A DNA stretch of 64,000 bases. Origin: Fimicolochytrium jonesii (lineage: Eukaryota). Positions within the stretch are counted from its first letter, which is position 1. Every line of letters begins with the position of its first letter. Made by a program: the position numbers and the translations under genes. The notes beneath the pieces were generated by a model. It did not search any database, was not told the DNA's origin, and saw nothing but the letters and a program-made list of their open reading frames with translations. Of this stretch, positions 1 through 13,159 are shown in pieces. Location of the stretch: the NCBI RefSeq assembly GCF_025526975.1, contig NW_026515689.1, forward strand, positions 62,001 through 126,000, read 5' to 3'.

Positions 1-832
1 CGCCGTTGAGGAAACGGGTATACGGGATCATGTGCCGGTCCCATGGCGGGGCAAAGAACGAGAAGGAGACGATGAGCTGGTGCTCGAAGGTGCTGGAGAT
101 CGACCCGGAGAACGGGGATGCGTTCATGTACAGAGCCGAAGCGAAAATGCAGGCCGAGAATTACGAGGATGGTAGGTGGCGTCCCTCCCTATCCGATTTT
201 TTTTTGACCACCCTTCCCCCCCCATATTAACCCTATCCTTCTCCACAGCGATGCGCGACTTCCACTCCGCCTCCCAACACGCCCCCACGGACCCGCACCG
301 CGTCTCCTCGGGCCACACGCAATCGCAACGCCTGCACCACACCTCCTCGCAAAAAGACTACTACAAGATCCTCGGCGTCCCTCGCACCGCATCAAAACGC
401 GACATCAAAAAAGCGTACCGCAAACTCAGCATGCAGTGGCACCCTGACAAGTACTCGGGCGATCTGAGCAAGGAGGAGGTGGAAAAGAGGATGGGCGAGA
501 TCAACGAGGCGTACACGACTCTGAGCGATGATGAGATGAGGAAGAGGGTCGATATGGGCGAGGATCCGAATGTAAGTTGGGCCAATGGATTCCCCCCGTT
601 GACTCCCACTCCGTTTCGATTTCTGGATTTTTTAATCTCATTCTTGGGGGTCCTTTTTTTTTTTTTTTGTTTTTTTCAGAACCCGCAACAAAACGCATTC
701 CCGGGCCACGCCGGCGGCGGCACCCCGTTCTTCTTCCAGGGCGGAGGGTTCCCGTTCCAGTTCCAGCGCGGCGGCGCGGGTGGGGGCGGCGGTGGTGGGC
801 AGCCGTTTGAGTTCAAGTTCAATTTTAATTAG
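1..832 (+). CDS. DNAJC3: 3' part of TPR + J-domain co-chaperone (DNAJC3/P58IPK-like), 5' truncated by window
   Basis: TPR-like helices (LEIDPENGDAFMYRAEA), then J-domain DYYKILGV..IKKAYRKL..WHPDK and a G/F-rich tail. Introns 172-248 and 572-679 are GT-AG and frame-consistent. Confidence 0.8.
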
Positions 833-1173
833 AATTTAAGCGGCGGGGGGGCGGGGTTGTTGCGACATGGCTGGGGGTTTTTTTTATTGGGTGCTGTGTT
901 GTGTGAATAGAGGGAACACTTGGAGTGTTGAAGGATGTGTGAGGGGCCTGGTGTGTGTGTGCTTGTTGACGTGAGAGGCAGGCGAGCGGCGTGTTGAACA
1001 ACCAGTTGAGATTGGGTGGGCGGACCTTCCCGTCACGAACGCGTTTTTGCTGGCTACCGTCGACTAAATCGATTCCCACCTCAGGACGCCGTGGTTTGAC
1101 AGCAACTGACACTATTATGCGTCTCGCCGTTTTCTGCACCCCCAGTCAAAACTCATAGGTTCTAATACTAAAA

Positions 1174-1833
1174 TTACGCCTCGCCCGTCGTAACGTCCAT
1201 ATTGCGTGCAAACCACGCCATTGTGTCCGTACTAATTTTGATGAACATACCCTGGCAGTTCCGACATATGCCCTCTGGTCCAATAAATGTCTCTGGGCAC
1301 CCGCACGAGGCTACCGGCGGAAGGGCGGTCGTTGGCATGATGTTGGCCCCCAGGCCCTCCTCATGTTGAAACACCCCCACTCGCCTCCAAGCCGTCCAAC
1401 ATGCCCCACAAACAATTGCCTGCGTTGCTCCCTCGCCGAAGAAGAAATCCCTCCCCATTGCCTCTGCCCGAGCCAAAACCGGCCACGGCGCACGATAGAA
1501 GCGAGAAGAGCTCTTCAACCGGCAGTCAATACAACCCGCGCTGTATCGATACTGCTTCCCTTGCTTCAAAACCCTCACTGCCCCTGGCCTCACCGCTGCC
1601 CCCCTCACCGCTGCCCCCGGGCTCGGCTTCCTACTTTCTCCCCCTTCGTCCCGCTCCGGCTGCCCAAGGTCCTGTTGCAAGCCGTTTTGTCCTGGGCAAA
1701 TATAAAAAGGTCGAAAGCATGCGTATCAGAACACTGTGGTGAACTCCTGGAGCTGTACGACACCCTTGTCCACCGCAATCAGGTACGCAATGCCAGCGAT
1801 GCTTTACTGCTTACCTTCGTCACTAAAATCCAT
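1174..1833 (-). CDS. small Cys-rich protein with atypical GATA-like CxxC...CxxC finger
   Basis: ATG 1833. Intron 1814-1692 (GTAAGC..CCCAG) joins MDFSDEG in frame to the 1174-1680 ORF. Motifs CIDC...CGACW and CGC...CRNC. Confidence 0.55.
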
Positions 1834-2519
1834 ATTACTCAGCAGCCTGTGATTCAAATTGAGTGTTGTTTACTGGGAACCTCAAGCCTAGGAGGTCCTG
1901 AGCCCGAATATCGCCGGCGGAGGTTCTGTATGTGTATGTCTGTCGAAGCGATGGCAATGATGTTGGCAATGGCGGGTAAGGAAAAAGGCCAAAAACGGCG
2001 CCGCCGGCGTCGCGACGAACGTCCAGAAATGGGTGGCGCAGCAAGGGTCGGCCTGAGATTCCCACCCGTGCGTGACTCATCCCCGCTGCCAACCTCCATC
2101 CCGGTACGCGGACGCCCTTCCGTGCACCGAACCCCGAAGCCACGGGAGCCCGCAAGTGCGTGCTGTGGGGACTCGGCGGGAGGAAGCAAGTTGAAACTCT
2201 CTGGCCGTTCAACGGCACTTTCGCTCGCTGCAGGAAAGCCCTGTTTCCCCCAACTCCACTCGCAGCTTGCCGCCCAAAGCGAAAAGAAAGGAACCCCCTC
2301 GCTCCAACATACCTTCACCTCGGCCGGGGACACACACCCTCACACTGGGAAACCGTACCTCGCTGGGGAATTCAGAAAAACGAGAGAGGTTGGGGACACT
2401 TCCGGGGGCGACCAGACCATTTTGCAAATTGGGCTCGCAAGCGCCGAAACGCTGTATTCCGTGCGGGCTCAAGAAACAGGACACTGCACGATATTAGACC
2501 CATACAGACGCACGACAGA

Positions 2520-4099
2520 ATGACTTACGTTAAGGGAGCGAAGGCGATTCTGCAGGTGCTGGCACTCACCGCCGTCCTCCTCACTTGGTCCTCTGTTGGT
2601 ATGTAGGAAATGGTGAGCGGCGTGGAAAAGGGGAATGGAGGGTGGGAAGCTGTCCGAGAGCGATAGGGGTCGTATGCGGATGGCGGCGAGTGAGAGCGAG
2701 GGTTTTGCGGCGAGCAAGAGCAAGAAGCATGGTTGGTTGAGGCTGGTTCGCTTTGGGAGCCGAACGAGGGCGAGGGCGAGGGCGAGCGGAGTATTGCTTG
2801 TGAGCGACAGGGGACATCATCACTGTGAGCGAAAGCAAACGGTCGTTTTAAAGCACCGCACTGCCCCAACATTCTCGTCGCGAGCGGAACGGCCAGTGTA
2901 TCCTTCAAGCATCTGCCGAGTTCGTGAAAGAGCAAGAAGGATGTCATCCTGTTCATCGGCCACCATCCCACTCATGTTGAACCCACTTCCCTCCCTCTCC
3001 TCCACACAGACCGAATATTCACAGCCATTACAGCACACGACAACTCCCTCCACATGTGGTTCGGCTCCCCCCGGACGCCGAAAGAGATCCACGCCGGCGA
3101 GATCTACAACGCCACTATCGAGTGGTCCTCCACCCTCGCGACCCGCAAGACCTACCTGAACGTCTCATGTGATTTTTCCCTCGTCTGCGCCGCGTCGGGA
3201 ACGCCGAGCACGACTTATCGGATTGATAACTTATTGATCAAGAAGAAGGATGGTAAGAATTGAGAGCTACGGTGAGGAATCATGACTTGATCCTTTTCTA
3301 ACAATGCATCCCTCACACAGGTTCAGCCTACATAGACTACCCGGTAACCCCCCTCGACGTCGACCCCGCCCTCGAAGTCGCCTCCTGCTACTTCGCCCTC
3401 GAGTACACATACTGGTCCAACGTCCCGGGTACCAAAAAATCCGCCGGCCCCTCCTTAATCCGCACAACCGACATTGCCCAATCCGCCGTCTTCAAATTTG
3501 TGCGCGCTCCCCGTCTCCTCCCGCTACCACTGGCCAACAGCACCGTGTTGTCAGCGGAAGATAGGAAGCTGAGCCTTCAGCTCCGGGTCGACGACTTCAC
3601 CCCTGCCGTACCCACATCCCCCGCAACAACATCCCCACCACCCCCCCGCACAGTCCAATTCACCCCCCCTCTGACACCCCACTACTACTACACCGCCGTC
3701 TCCATCTGGCCCGAAGACGACCCCGACTGGACGCTCTACGAGCCGCACAACGTGTGGGAGCTCGGGATGTGGGGGTGGTGCGTGGTCCTGGGCGTTGTTT
3801 ACTATGTGGTGAGGGTGCACCCGCGCACGGCGCATGTGATGCCGAGGGTGCGGGAGGCGGTGGGGGAGAGGATTGTGGGGTGGTGGGGGAATGACTTTGA
3901 GGTAGGGTTGGCGAATACTTGCGAGCGTCCATGCTTCTTGGGGAATTGGGAATTGACTCGTTCTTTTGTGATTTTTATAGGACCCCCTCGTCCCCCGAAA
4001 GACAGTCCGATCCCGCCGTCGCAGTATCCTGCGCGACCATATCCCGCAACACTCCCACGGCGTATGAACGTCATTCACAACACCCGGCTGTGGATGTAA
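2520..4099 (+). CDS. hypothetical signal-peptide, single-pass membrane protein
   Basis: Hydrophobic N-terminus (AILQVLALTAVLLTWSSV). Introns at 2599-3009, ~3253-3320 and ~3902-3980 keep the frame. TM-like segment WGWCVVLGVVYYVV. Confidence 0.6.
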
Positions 4100-4645
4100 C
4101 GCGCATGACGTTCACGTTCGCGGCGTATAGAAACCCTGGAGATGGGGAGTTGGGATAGGGGACACCTTTTTTTGCATGTATTTCATAGATGGGTTAAGGG
4201 TATTTATTTTTGGCTGCTTTGAAGTCAGGGGTATTGAATGGACTGGGGTGCGGTATCCAGAACCCGTCTGTGTCGTTGTCGAGGTTGGTGCGGTCGTGTG
4301 ATCCTACTTTGCCTCTGAGGGGGTATCGAGTAGCACTACAGTACGGGATGAATGCCCTATTGGTCTAGATCTACGCCGTTACGACGGGTCCAGTGGCACC
4401 GTGCGTAGGCGCGGATAAGAGGTTGGCAGCGGTGTGATGTCCAAGCCAGTGTCCAAGCCGTCGAAGATGTCGCACACTTCAGGTGTCCGGGAAGAAGTCG
4501 CGGATGAGAAAGCTGTTCCCAGAGCTGTTCCCACTTCCTCAACTTCTGCCGATCCCGCACCACCGGCCCGTCCCCCCACACCACACAACACCCCACACCA
4601 CCTTCACACATACATACTACCCACAGGAGCGACAGAAAAGGAAAA

Positions 4646-5897
4646 ATGTCTGAAATCACAACCCTCTCCATCCCAGCGCCCGACGATTTCCACGTGCATC
4701 TCCGTCAAGGCGCCCTCATGCGGGCCGTGACGCCGCTCATTCGGGACAGCGGGATCGCTACGGCGTATGTTATGGTGCGTTTTGCTATTCATGGGAGAGG
4801 GCTGGTTTGGTATCTCAGTATCATGGTAGAGGGTCCATATCCCAACCCAACTTACGAAATTGAACCCAGCCGAATTTGAAACCGCCAGTGACGACGACGG
4901 AGCAGGCGCTGGCGTACAAGAAGCAGCTGGAGGAGCTTGCGCCGGGGGTCAATTTCCTCATGACGCTGTACTTGTCGCCGGAGCTTACCCCGGAGGAGAT
5001 CAAGAAGGCTGCTAAGGCTGGGATTGCCGGTGCGTCCAATCATATTCCTTATGTTGAAATCGAGAAGGAGGGAACTGGGGATGATTGACTGAGCCAGGAT
5101 GTGAATCCCCCCCAGGTGTGAAATCCTACCCCCGCGGCGTCACAACCAACAGCGACAGCGGCATCGAATCCTACGAAACCTACTACCCCGTCTTCCGCGC
5201 CATGGAAGAATCCGACATGGTCCTCAACCTCCACGGCGAAGTCCCCAGCGACCCCAGCTCCGACATCTGCATCATGAACGCGGAAGAGAAATTCCTCACC
5301 CACCTCCGTACCCTGCACGCGGCGTTCCCCAAGCTGCGGATCGTGCTGGAACACGCCACCACGCAGGCGGCGGTCGAGACGGTGAAATCGTTGGGGGACA
5401 CGGTGGCGTGCACGATCACCGTGCACCACCTCACGCTGACCGTGGACGACTGGGCGGGCCAGGCACACCATTTCTGTAAACCCGTTGCAAAGTTCCCCCA
5501 TGACCGCGCGGCATTGCGCGGGGTGATCAGGGAAGCCCACCCGCGCTTCTTCCTGGGCACGGACTCGGCGCCGCATCCGCGAAAGAACAAAGAGGCCGCC
5601 GGCACCGCCGTCGCCGGCGTGTTCACCGGCACCCCGCTGCTGCTCCCGTACCTCGCATCTGTGTTGGAGGAGTTTGGCGCGCTGGAGAGGCTGGAGGGCT
5701 TCGTGAGCGGGTTTGGGAGACGGTTTTATAAGTTGGAAGAGAGGCATCCGGCGCCTGTTGCGACGCGCGCGGTGATTCGGCTGAAGAGGAGCGAGGTGGT
5801 CGTACCGCAAGAGTATGGGTTTGTGGATGACGAGGGGGAGAAGAGCTCGGTGGTGCCGTTTTTGGCGGGGAAGACGTTGCGGTGGTCGTTGGCTTGA
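4646..5897 (+). CDS. URA4: dihydroorotase, homodimeric (PyrC-like) type
   Basis: DDFHVHLR metal motif, MPNL, GVKSYP..TTNS, LNLHGE, LEHATT, FCKPVAK, FFLGTDSAPH. Introns 4775-4869 and 5030-5115. Confidence 0.95.
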
Positions 5898-6308
5898 GGC
5901 GCGCGATGGAAATACAGTACTACTCTGTGCGTCGTCCTCTCAAATGCATCTTAATGACCCACCACCTGAGGCCGCTGCGAAGCGAGTGCGATGTGGGAGT
6001 TGGTTCATTCCCGGTATGGGATGGGACGGGTCAGAGTCCTCCACCGCCACGCCTGCTACACACGATTATGTGCAATAAGTGCTATATAAGCAAAAGCTGA
6101 AGGGATGGAGTGCAGGAAAGAAAGAAGCGCCCATGGGAAATCGCATGCCGTCAATGAGTCACACCCCATCCTGTCAATGGGGTTCTGCTGAGCTTTCTCT
6201 CCCGGCCATTTCGGGGCCAGCATTGAAGTTCAAAGTCGAACTCGAAAGCCATTCCCACAAACATCACTGCAGCTATCACACAGAAGTACCATACCCTGAC
6301 GGGCGAGA

Positions 6309-8090
6309 ATGAACGGGGAGGACCCGCAGTCCCTCCTGAGGGAGGCCGACAGGTTAGGAAGAGCCGGGCCACTGTAGACACCGCGGCAGGATCATCACTC
6401 CCTTGGAGATGGGAGGAAAGCCATAAAACGTGGCCCTAACAATTCGCCTCCCTCCCACCAACCCACCCAGACTCCTGCACGAGTACACCCACCTGCGAGT
6501 CGGGTCCCGGTCGCACCGCAGCCTGCAATCCCATTTCTCACCATCCGACGAAGATGACGCATCCACCCGCCGCCGGATCCTCACCGCCTACAAAGAAGCC
6601 TCCGACGCCGGCATCGTCGACGCCGCGCGCAAGACCGCCCTCTGTCTCTGGTCGTGGGGCCGTCGTCGCAACGCCGTGCGCACGATGCGCGAGGTGGCTG
6701 CTGTGCACGGGGATGTCGAGGCGGTGAGATTGGCCGCGCAGTGGTTGTGGGAGATGGGCGAGCCGCGGGCGGGGGGGACGGCGAGGGTTAAGATAGAGGG
6801 GACGCCGATGAGGGAGGAGGAGGGTAGTGAGGGGAGTGAGGATTCTCGGGACGGGGATGCGGATAGGAGGACACGACGGGCGGTCAGCTCGCGGCGACAG
6901 GCGTTTAGGTTGTGGAAGGACGCTGCGGATCGGGTGCGTGATGTGCATTGTATGAGGAAGGTTGCGGAATGCTATTTGAGCGGGGAAGGGTGTCGGCAGG
7001 CCAATCAGGCGAAGGCGATGCGGTACCTCGAGAAGGCGGCGGATAAGGGTGACCGCGGCGCTATTATGATGTTGGTGCGGCTGTACCATGAACAGGCGAT
7101 GGATTCGCTCAACGGGCAGGAGAAGAGGTCGTCGATGAAAATTGAAGAAAGCGCCAGGGGGATAGCGAAAACCGAAAAGATCAAAACGGAAACTCAGCAC
7201 CGCGAGGAGGATGCAGACGATTCACCCACCTCCGACGAAGACGACGACGAAACCGAGTCGCAACCCGAAACAGCCCACACGCGTCTCTACCGCTACGTCC
7301 GCATGGGCGCTTCCGACGGCGACGCGATGTGTATCAGCAAGCTCGCCTACGCGCAACGGCACGGCCTCGACGGGATCGAGAAGAACGTGCCAGCCGCCCT
7401 GGAGCTGTACCTGGAGGCGGCGTCGCGCGGGGACGTGGAGAGTCGCGCGGCGGCGGCGGATGTGTTTTATCATGGCGAACAAGGGGTGCCGAGGGACCGG
7501 GCGAGGGCGTTTGCGATGTTTGCGCAGTGTGCGAGGGAGGGGTGGGCGCCGTCTTTCAGGGCGTTGGCGGATTGTTATCGGACCGGGGCGGGTGGTGAGC
7601 TCTTTGCTCGCTTTTAGACTTTCAGAGGTTCGTAGTGAGTATGGCAACACTGACCGGCTTTCTCTTCCCTCCTCTCTCTATTCTTCCTCCCTTAGCACCA
7701 AACGACAAACCCGACCTCCCCCTCGCGCACATGTACTACACCGAAGCCGCCTCGCTCACCCCCGACGCAACCTCCCTCCGCATCCTCGGCGACATGCACA
7801 CAACCGGCCTCGGGTGCGCCAAAAACCTCCCTCTCGCCTTTGATCTCTACGACCGCGCCTGGTCCATCTGCTCGTCCTCTTCCGACGACGCGGACCTGGA
7901 AGCTGGAAGGTGTCTTGCACGATGCTATTGGTTTGGCCGGGGCGTTGAGAAGGATAGGGAGCGGGCGAAGGAGGTGTGGGCGGCGCTTTTGAGTAGAGCG
8001 AAAGGAAGCATGGAGAGGGAGGATGTGCGGCGGTTGGAGGGGATGGATGATGCGGGGTTTGAGGAGATTTTGGCGGTCGTGAATGAGTGA
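6309..8090 (+). CDS. Sel1-like repeat protein
   Basis: Repeated A..YLSGEG..N..KAM.YLEKAA / G.G..K...AF.LY..A units. Introns 6353-6470 and 7595-7695. Confidence 0.8.
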
Positions 8091-8697
8091 TGAAGTGGCA
8101 GTTGCGTGTATGTAGGCTGTATGGATGTGGAGGGAAGTTGGGACCTATTACTTCGAGGGGGATGTGCTAGCCTCGCTTTAGAGTATCTATCGATTTGCCC
8201 CCATTGCGTGCATGCTCTATTTGAAGTACCCTACCCCTTGTGAGCCATGCCTGTTAATGCGCGTATAATCACACACCGTCTCGACGAGCCATATCAACGA
8301 GCCATATGCCTATTGCTCACTCCTTGCCTCTCCAGATCTATATACGTAGTCTGACCGTTGATCCGACTCTGGCCTTGGGGCTACCGGTTGTTCGCGCCAG
8401 TCCATCCCGCAACGCTTATGAGCCAAAAAACGCGTGGGAACCGACTGCTGTGCGCGCTCGCCACCCCCGCCTCGCTTGGCCCCGCTTGTACCCTGCTGCC
8501 ATTTCGGGCTTCAACTTCCGGTCGCAGGTGGGAGACGCAGGAAGGACACGGACGAGCGCCAGCATCGCATCGACCCCCCTCGCCGACGGCTAGCGCACCG
8601 ACAGTTCTCCTCTGTCTTCCGTCACCGCCTTTCCACCAAAAAACACCGCACCTTGCCGTCACCAGGATCACCACCCACCACTGCACCGCCCTGAACA

Positions 8698-9968
8698 ATG
8701 TCCCTTCGGCACAGCCTCGCACGGACGTTAACCTCATGTCGGGGCCCCGGGTGGGCGTCTACGAAGCAATACACTTTACCAGCCCACCTCCAATCAGTAT
8801 CATCGCCACGAATACTCCCATTCTCGCGTCTTTCCCAGCCATCATACACCACCACCACAACACCCACTCCCACCCCATCCACTACCCCACCACAAACCCC
8901 CCGCATCCACTACGAATCCTCCACCCCCTTCCTCACCCTCCCGCTCTCTTCAAACCCCGGCAGTCAAACAGTCTTCCGAATCTCGCCCGCGCGGCCGCTA
9001 TCCTTGCTGCTGGAGCAGATACGGGAGGAGGATGAAGGGGTGCAGAGTGTTGGGGTGTATGATTTGGGGGCGGAAGGGCAGGGCGAGGGCGGTTTTCGGT
9101 GGGCTAGGTAGGTTTTCCGGGGGAAATTATCAACCTATAGTATGTTATTGGCCTCACATAGATCATATTCCCCAGATCAACAGCCGCCCGCCACATCCTC
9201 CGCACCGCGACCCGCCACGGCGGGTTCGTCCTCTCCATCAACGGACACCCGCACAAAGTCCTCGTCCCGACCGCCGACGAGCGCACGGCGCCGCTGATGA
9301 GGGAGCTGGATAAGGTTATGGCGGAGCTTGGGCCGCTGGCGGAGACGAAGAGGATGTTGGATGAGAAGGCGCATAAGACGGGGGTGAGGATGGCGTGGGC
9401 TGGGTTGGCGGCGCTCTGTACGCAGTTTGGGTTGATGTGAGTACGGATCGACTTTCGGGAGAGGGCGTTGGAAAACCGCGGCCCCCACGCGAAATCTGCC
9501 TGGACGGGATGGGGATCGAGACCTGCTGACTCTGGTTATTCACGCAGGGCAAGATTGACATGGTGGGAATACAGCTGGGACGTCATGGAACCCATCAGCT
9601 ACTTCCTCGGTGTAAGTCCGCTTTCCTCCCCTTTCACCTCCACCACACCCTTTGACCCGCAACCCCCCGAACCCCAGGCTGGCACAGGAATCCTCGGCTA
9701 CATGTTCTACGTCCTCACCTCCCGCGAATACACCTACGAGACGCTCACGGAAGTGACCGTCACGCGCCACCAGATGCGCGGGTACAAGCGCGCGAAATTT
9801 GATTATGACCGGTATCTGGAGCTCAAGGGGAGGGCGGAGAAGGTTAGGGAGGAGGTGGCGAGGGTTAGGGCGGAGTATGTCGGGGATGAGGGGTTGGAGG
9901 TGGGGCATGGGGGGGTGGGAGTGCAGGGCAAAGAAGGGAGCGCGGTTGGGGTAGGTGTGGGTGGGTAA
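8698..9968 (+). CDS. MCU: mitochondrial calcium uniporter pore subunit
   Basis: Arg/Ser-rich presequence and coiled coil. TM1 is followed by RLTWWEYSWDVMEPISYF (DIME-type selectivity motif) and TM2, then REYTY. Three introns. Confidence 0.9.
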
Positions 9969-10696
9969 GAAGGTGGGTCAGGGAAGGCGACGTAAACGAT
10001 GCCTTGTGCTGAACACCTTTACGTCGTGCGACAAGGCATCCCTCCAGGATGGACCTAAATCAGTGCAGGTTTCGTAGGACTTGCAAATGGACAGTCAGAG
10101 ACTTTACATACACGATCATAGAAGGGAGGAAACATACACGTGTTGTATCGGAGCTGAAAGAGAGTGGGACACGACGACCTGTCCCTATGCATGTTATCAT
10201 TGGTTTACATCGGTCCTCCCGGATGAAGAGGTCCCGGACTTGTCGCATGTTTTACGCGGCGTGAAGCCGGGAAGGTGAAGTAAGGAATGAACACACTGCC
10301 CGTCACATCCCACATATCCCGAAAAGCCCTACCAAATTTCGACCGCAGACTGTGGTGCGGTTTGATATCCATGCAGTTGAACTTGATTCTACTTGCGGTG
10401 ATGATGTCTTTTTATGCGGCAGTTCCGTTCTCGAAGGACCACAACCGGCCGCACATTCGTGAACGGCGAGGAATTAATCTAGTCGCACATTCGATAATGG
10501 AATTTCGAAGCTTTGACAGCTGCCAAACGCCAACAGTTGGGCGTTGGCCCCAGACTCCAGTACGCATGTATTGGTGGCAGCATGCGCCCAGCGTTCGTCC
10601 TCCCACTGTCCCACATATCATGAGAGGGATAAGATAAAAGAATGTCCGACTGCCCGTCGCCCTCGCCTTTCCCACCCCACAAATCTCCCGTCAACC

Positions 10697-11737
10697 ATGC
10701 TCGCCCTACACATCAAACCTTTCCTCGCAACCATACTGGGTCTATCCCTGACGGCCTCCGCCGCACCCACCCCATCATCGCCCGGAAGCAGTGTCGGCTG
10801 TGGCAAAAACCCTCCCCTCGACCCCGGGTCATCCACCAGCTACACCCTGGCCACGCCAGACGGCCGCACCCGCCGGTACACAATCCACCTCCCCTCGAGT
10901 TACAAACCCGCCACCCCCGCCCCGCTTATCCTCTCGTTCCATGGGAATACGAAGACCGCGGCGAATCAGGAACAGCTGAGCGGGTTTGATAATGAGGAGT
11001 GGAATCCGGATGGGATCGCCATCTATCCCCAGGGTGTGAACGTAAGTTGACCCGTGGAGCCATCTCGACCGGATTGGTTCCTTACCTCTGACTCTCCCCA
11101 ACTCTCCGAACCCCCATAGAACGCCTGGCAAGGCGCCCCCTACGCGGACGCCTCCATCTCCGACAAAGCCTTCATCACCGCCCTCCTCGACCACCTCGAA
11201 GCCCGCTACTGCATCGACCCGCGCCGGATCTACGCTAGCGGTAAATCCCTCGGCGGGGGGTTCACCAACGTGCTGGCCTGCTCTCCATCACTCTCGCAGC
11301 GCTTTGCGGCGTTCGCGCCCGTTTCGGGTGCGTTCTATACCGGGAACGCGGACGATGACTGTCACCCGAAGCATACCGTCACGCCGGTCATGGAGTTTCA
11401 TGGGTTGGCTGATAAGACCATCCCCTATGCGGGCGGCGAGCACAAGGGGGTTGATCTGCCTTCCGTTTTGGATTGGACGGCCCGGTGGGCTGCCAGGGGT
11501 GGATGCCATGCCCAGCCTGTCGTTGAAACATTGTTCGACGGCAATGTGAAGCACTACTCGTGGACCTGCCCAGCGGCAAACGGGACCCTGGCCGTGCAGC
11601 ACTATGCTATCGCGGGCCTTGGACATGCGTGGCCGAGCGTGGCTGCGAACAGCGATAATTCGAAGGGAACGTATTTAGACGCCACGCCGTTGATTATGGA
11701 TTTTTTCAACCAGCATGTGAATGAGCTTGCTGCCTAA
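10697..11737 (+). CDS. secreted alpha/beta-hydrolase, feruloyl esterase C / PHB-depolymerase-like (CE1)
   Basis: Signal peptide, SVGCGK, PLILSFHG, IYPQG, YCIDPRRIYASGKSLGGG nucleophile elbow, FHGLAD, GLGHAWP. Intron 11042-11119. Confidence 0.85.
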
Positions 11738-12026
11738 TGTAGAGTACAGACATAGATAGACATGTATACAGACCTAGAAGCCATTGTATGTACGGCCGAA
11801 TGTGACGGTGAAGCTAGTATACAGTACCATCGAAGTGCAAAAACGGAGAATTCTGAAGCTCCTGAGCGTCGCGTCTCCGCAGCTTTCGTTTCCTGACGGG
11901 GTTGGGAGATCATCCTGCAGCATTACCCACCAGAGCACTTGGAAGTACAGCACATACAGCTGCCCCTCTCCATTCAGGTACAGCTGTCATACCCCTGTTG
12001 CGCCGGAACAAACACCGAAACTAGCA

Positions 12027-13159
12027 ATGTCCGTCCCCGACGTCGCCAAAGGAGGTACTTCGACCGTCCAACGCACTTTTTTCGCGGCCGCAATTGCCTA
12101 CGCAATGGCGGTGGCTGATGTTGACATCCAACGCTAACCGCTTCACGGAGCGCAGTCCTAGTGGAAGCCACCCCTTCCTTCCTGTCCGAAATCACCAATG
12201 ACATTGACGTTGAGCTTACCCCCGCGAGCGCCTACACAATCACCCCAACGAACGATTCGACAAAGGCGGTACTGCTGGCGTACCCGTCGGGCGTGTACAC
12301 GGTTGCCAGGACGGTCCGCGGCAGTGGGGTGCACCAGCTGGACGCGCATCTGAAGCGGATTGTAGAGGGATGCCGGGGGGTTGAGTTCAACAGGGGTGCT
12401 GCTGGGGAGACTCACAAGCACGCGATGGGTGAGCCTGCGGAGATTGCAACCGCAATGCAACCCTTCCGTGACCCTCTATTGGGCGCGCGGCTCGTCCGCT
12501 CCGCAATGGGTGTCGCACTACGTGAATGGAGACAGGCCTCGCTCTCCCGCCACGATGTCGAGGCCAAAATCGCCGTCTTGGTCACTTACGACAAGCTGGA
12601 AAAGCGGGCACGGCTGATCTGCCATGTCGACGCACTATTCCCGCCTGCATCACAACCCGTTGGGGTTATGGTAGACGGCCCGCCCCGCCAGAACGCGGCT
12701 GTGAAGGACACACAATGGATCCGCGACCGCACCCACCTCGAACGCCACCTCTCTAGCGAGATCAGCGAAGTCGTCCTCTACGACGCGGTAGCCGGCACGC
12801 TCTATGAAGGCCTCACCACCAACCTCTGCGTGCTCACCAGCGACCCCATCGGAGGGCATGCGTACCTCGCCTCCGCGCCGGCAGGCACTGTGCTCGAGGG
12901 TACGATGCTGCGGCTTGTGCATCAGGTCTGCGGGGAGATGGGGCTGGAGGTTCGGCGCGAGTGTCTGGCGGTGGAGACGCGGGGATCATGGAAAGCGGCG
13001 TTTTTGACGAGTGTTGCTAAGCCCGTGGTGGAGGTCGGGTTGATGAGGTTTGCGGATGGGAGTAGGGAGTGGGTGCTTGAGACGGGGGATGAGGTTGTGC
13101 GGGAGATTCGGAGACGGGTGCGCGAGCATTTGACTAAGCTTGAGACTCGAGGGAAGTGA
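12027..13159 (+). CDS. PLP-dependent aminotransferase class IV-like protein (D-amino-acid aminotransferase/ADC lyase fold)
   Basis: GVYTVART, LDAHLKRI, EVVL...LYEGLTTN, VLEGTM, AFLTSV motifs. Intron 12055-12155. Confidence 0.8.

Noticed and set aside
1363..2523. 386-aa plus-strand ORF
   Set aside because: It is the antisense shadow of the Cys-rich gene plus GC-rich intergenic DNA, with no recognisable domain.
8284..8306. 11-bp direct repeat ACGAGCCATAT x2
   Set aside because: An isolated micro-duplication with nothing between the copies to suggest a target-site duplication.
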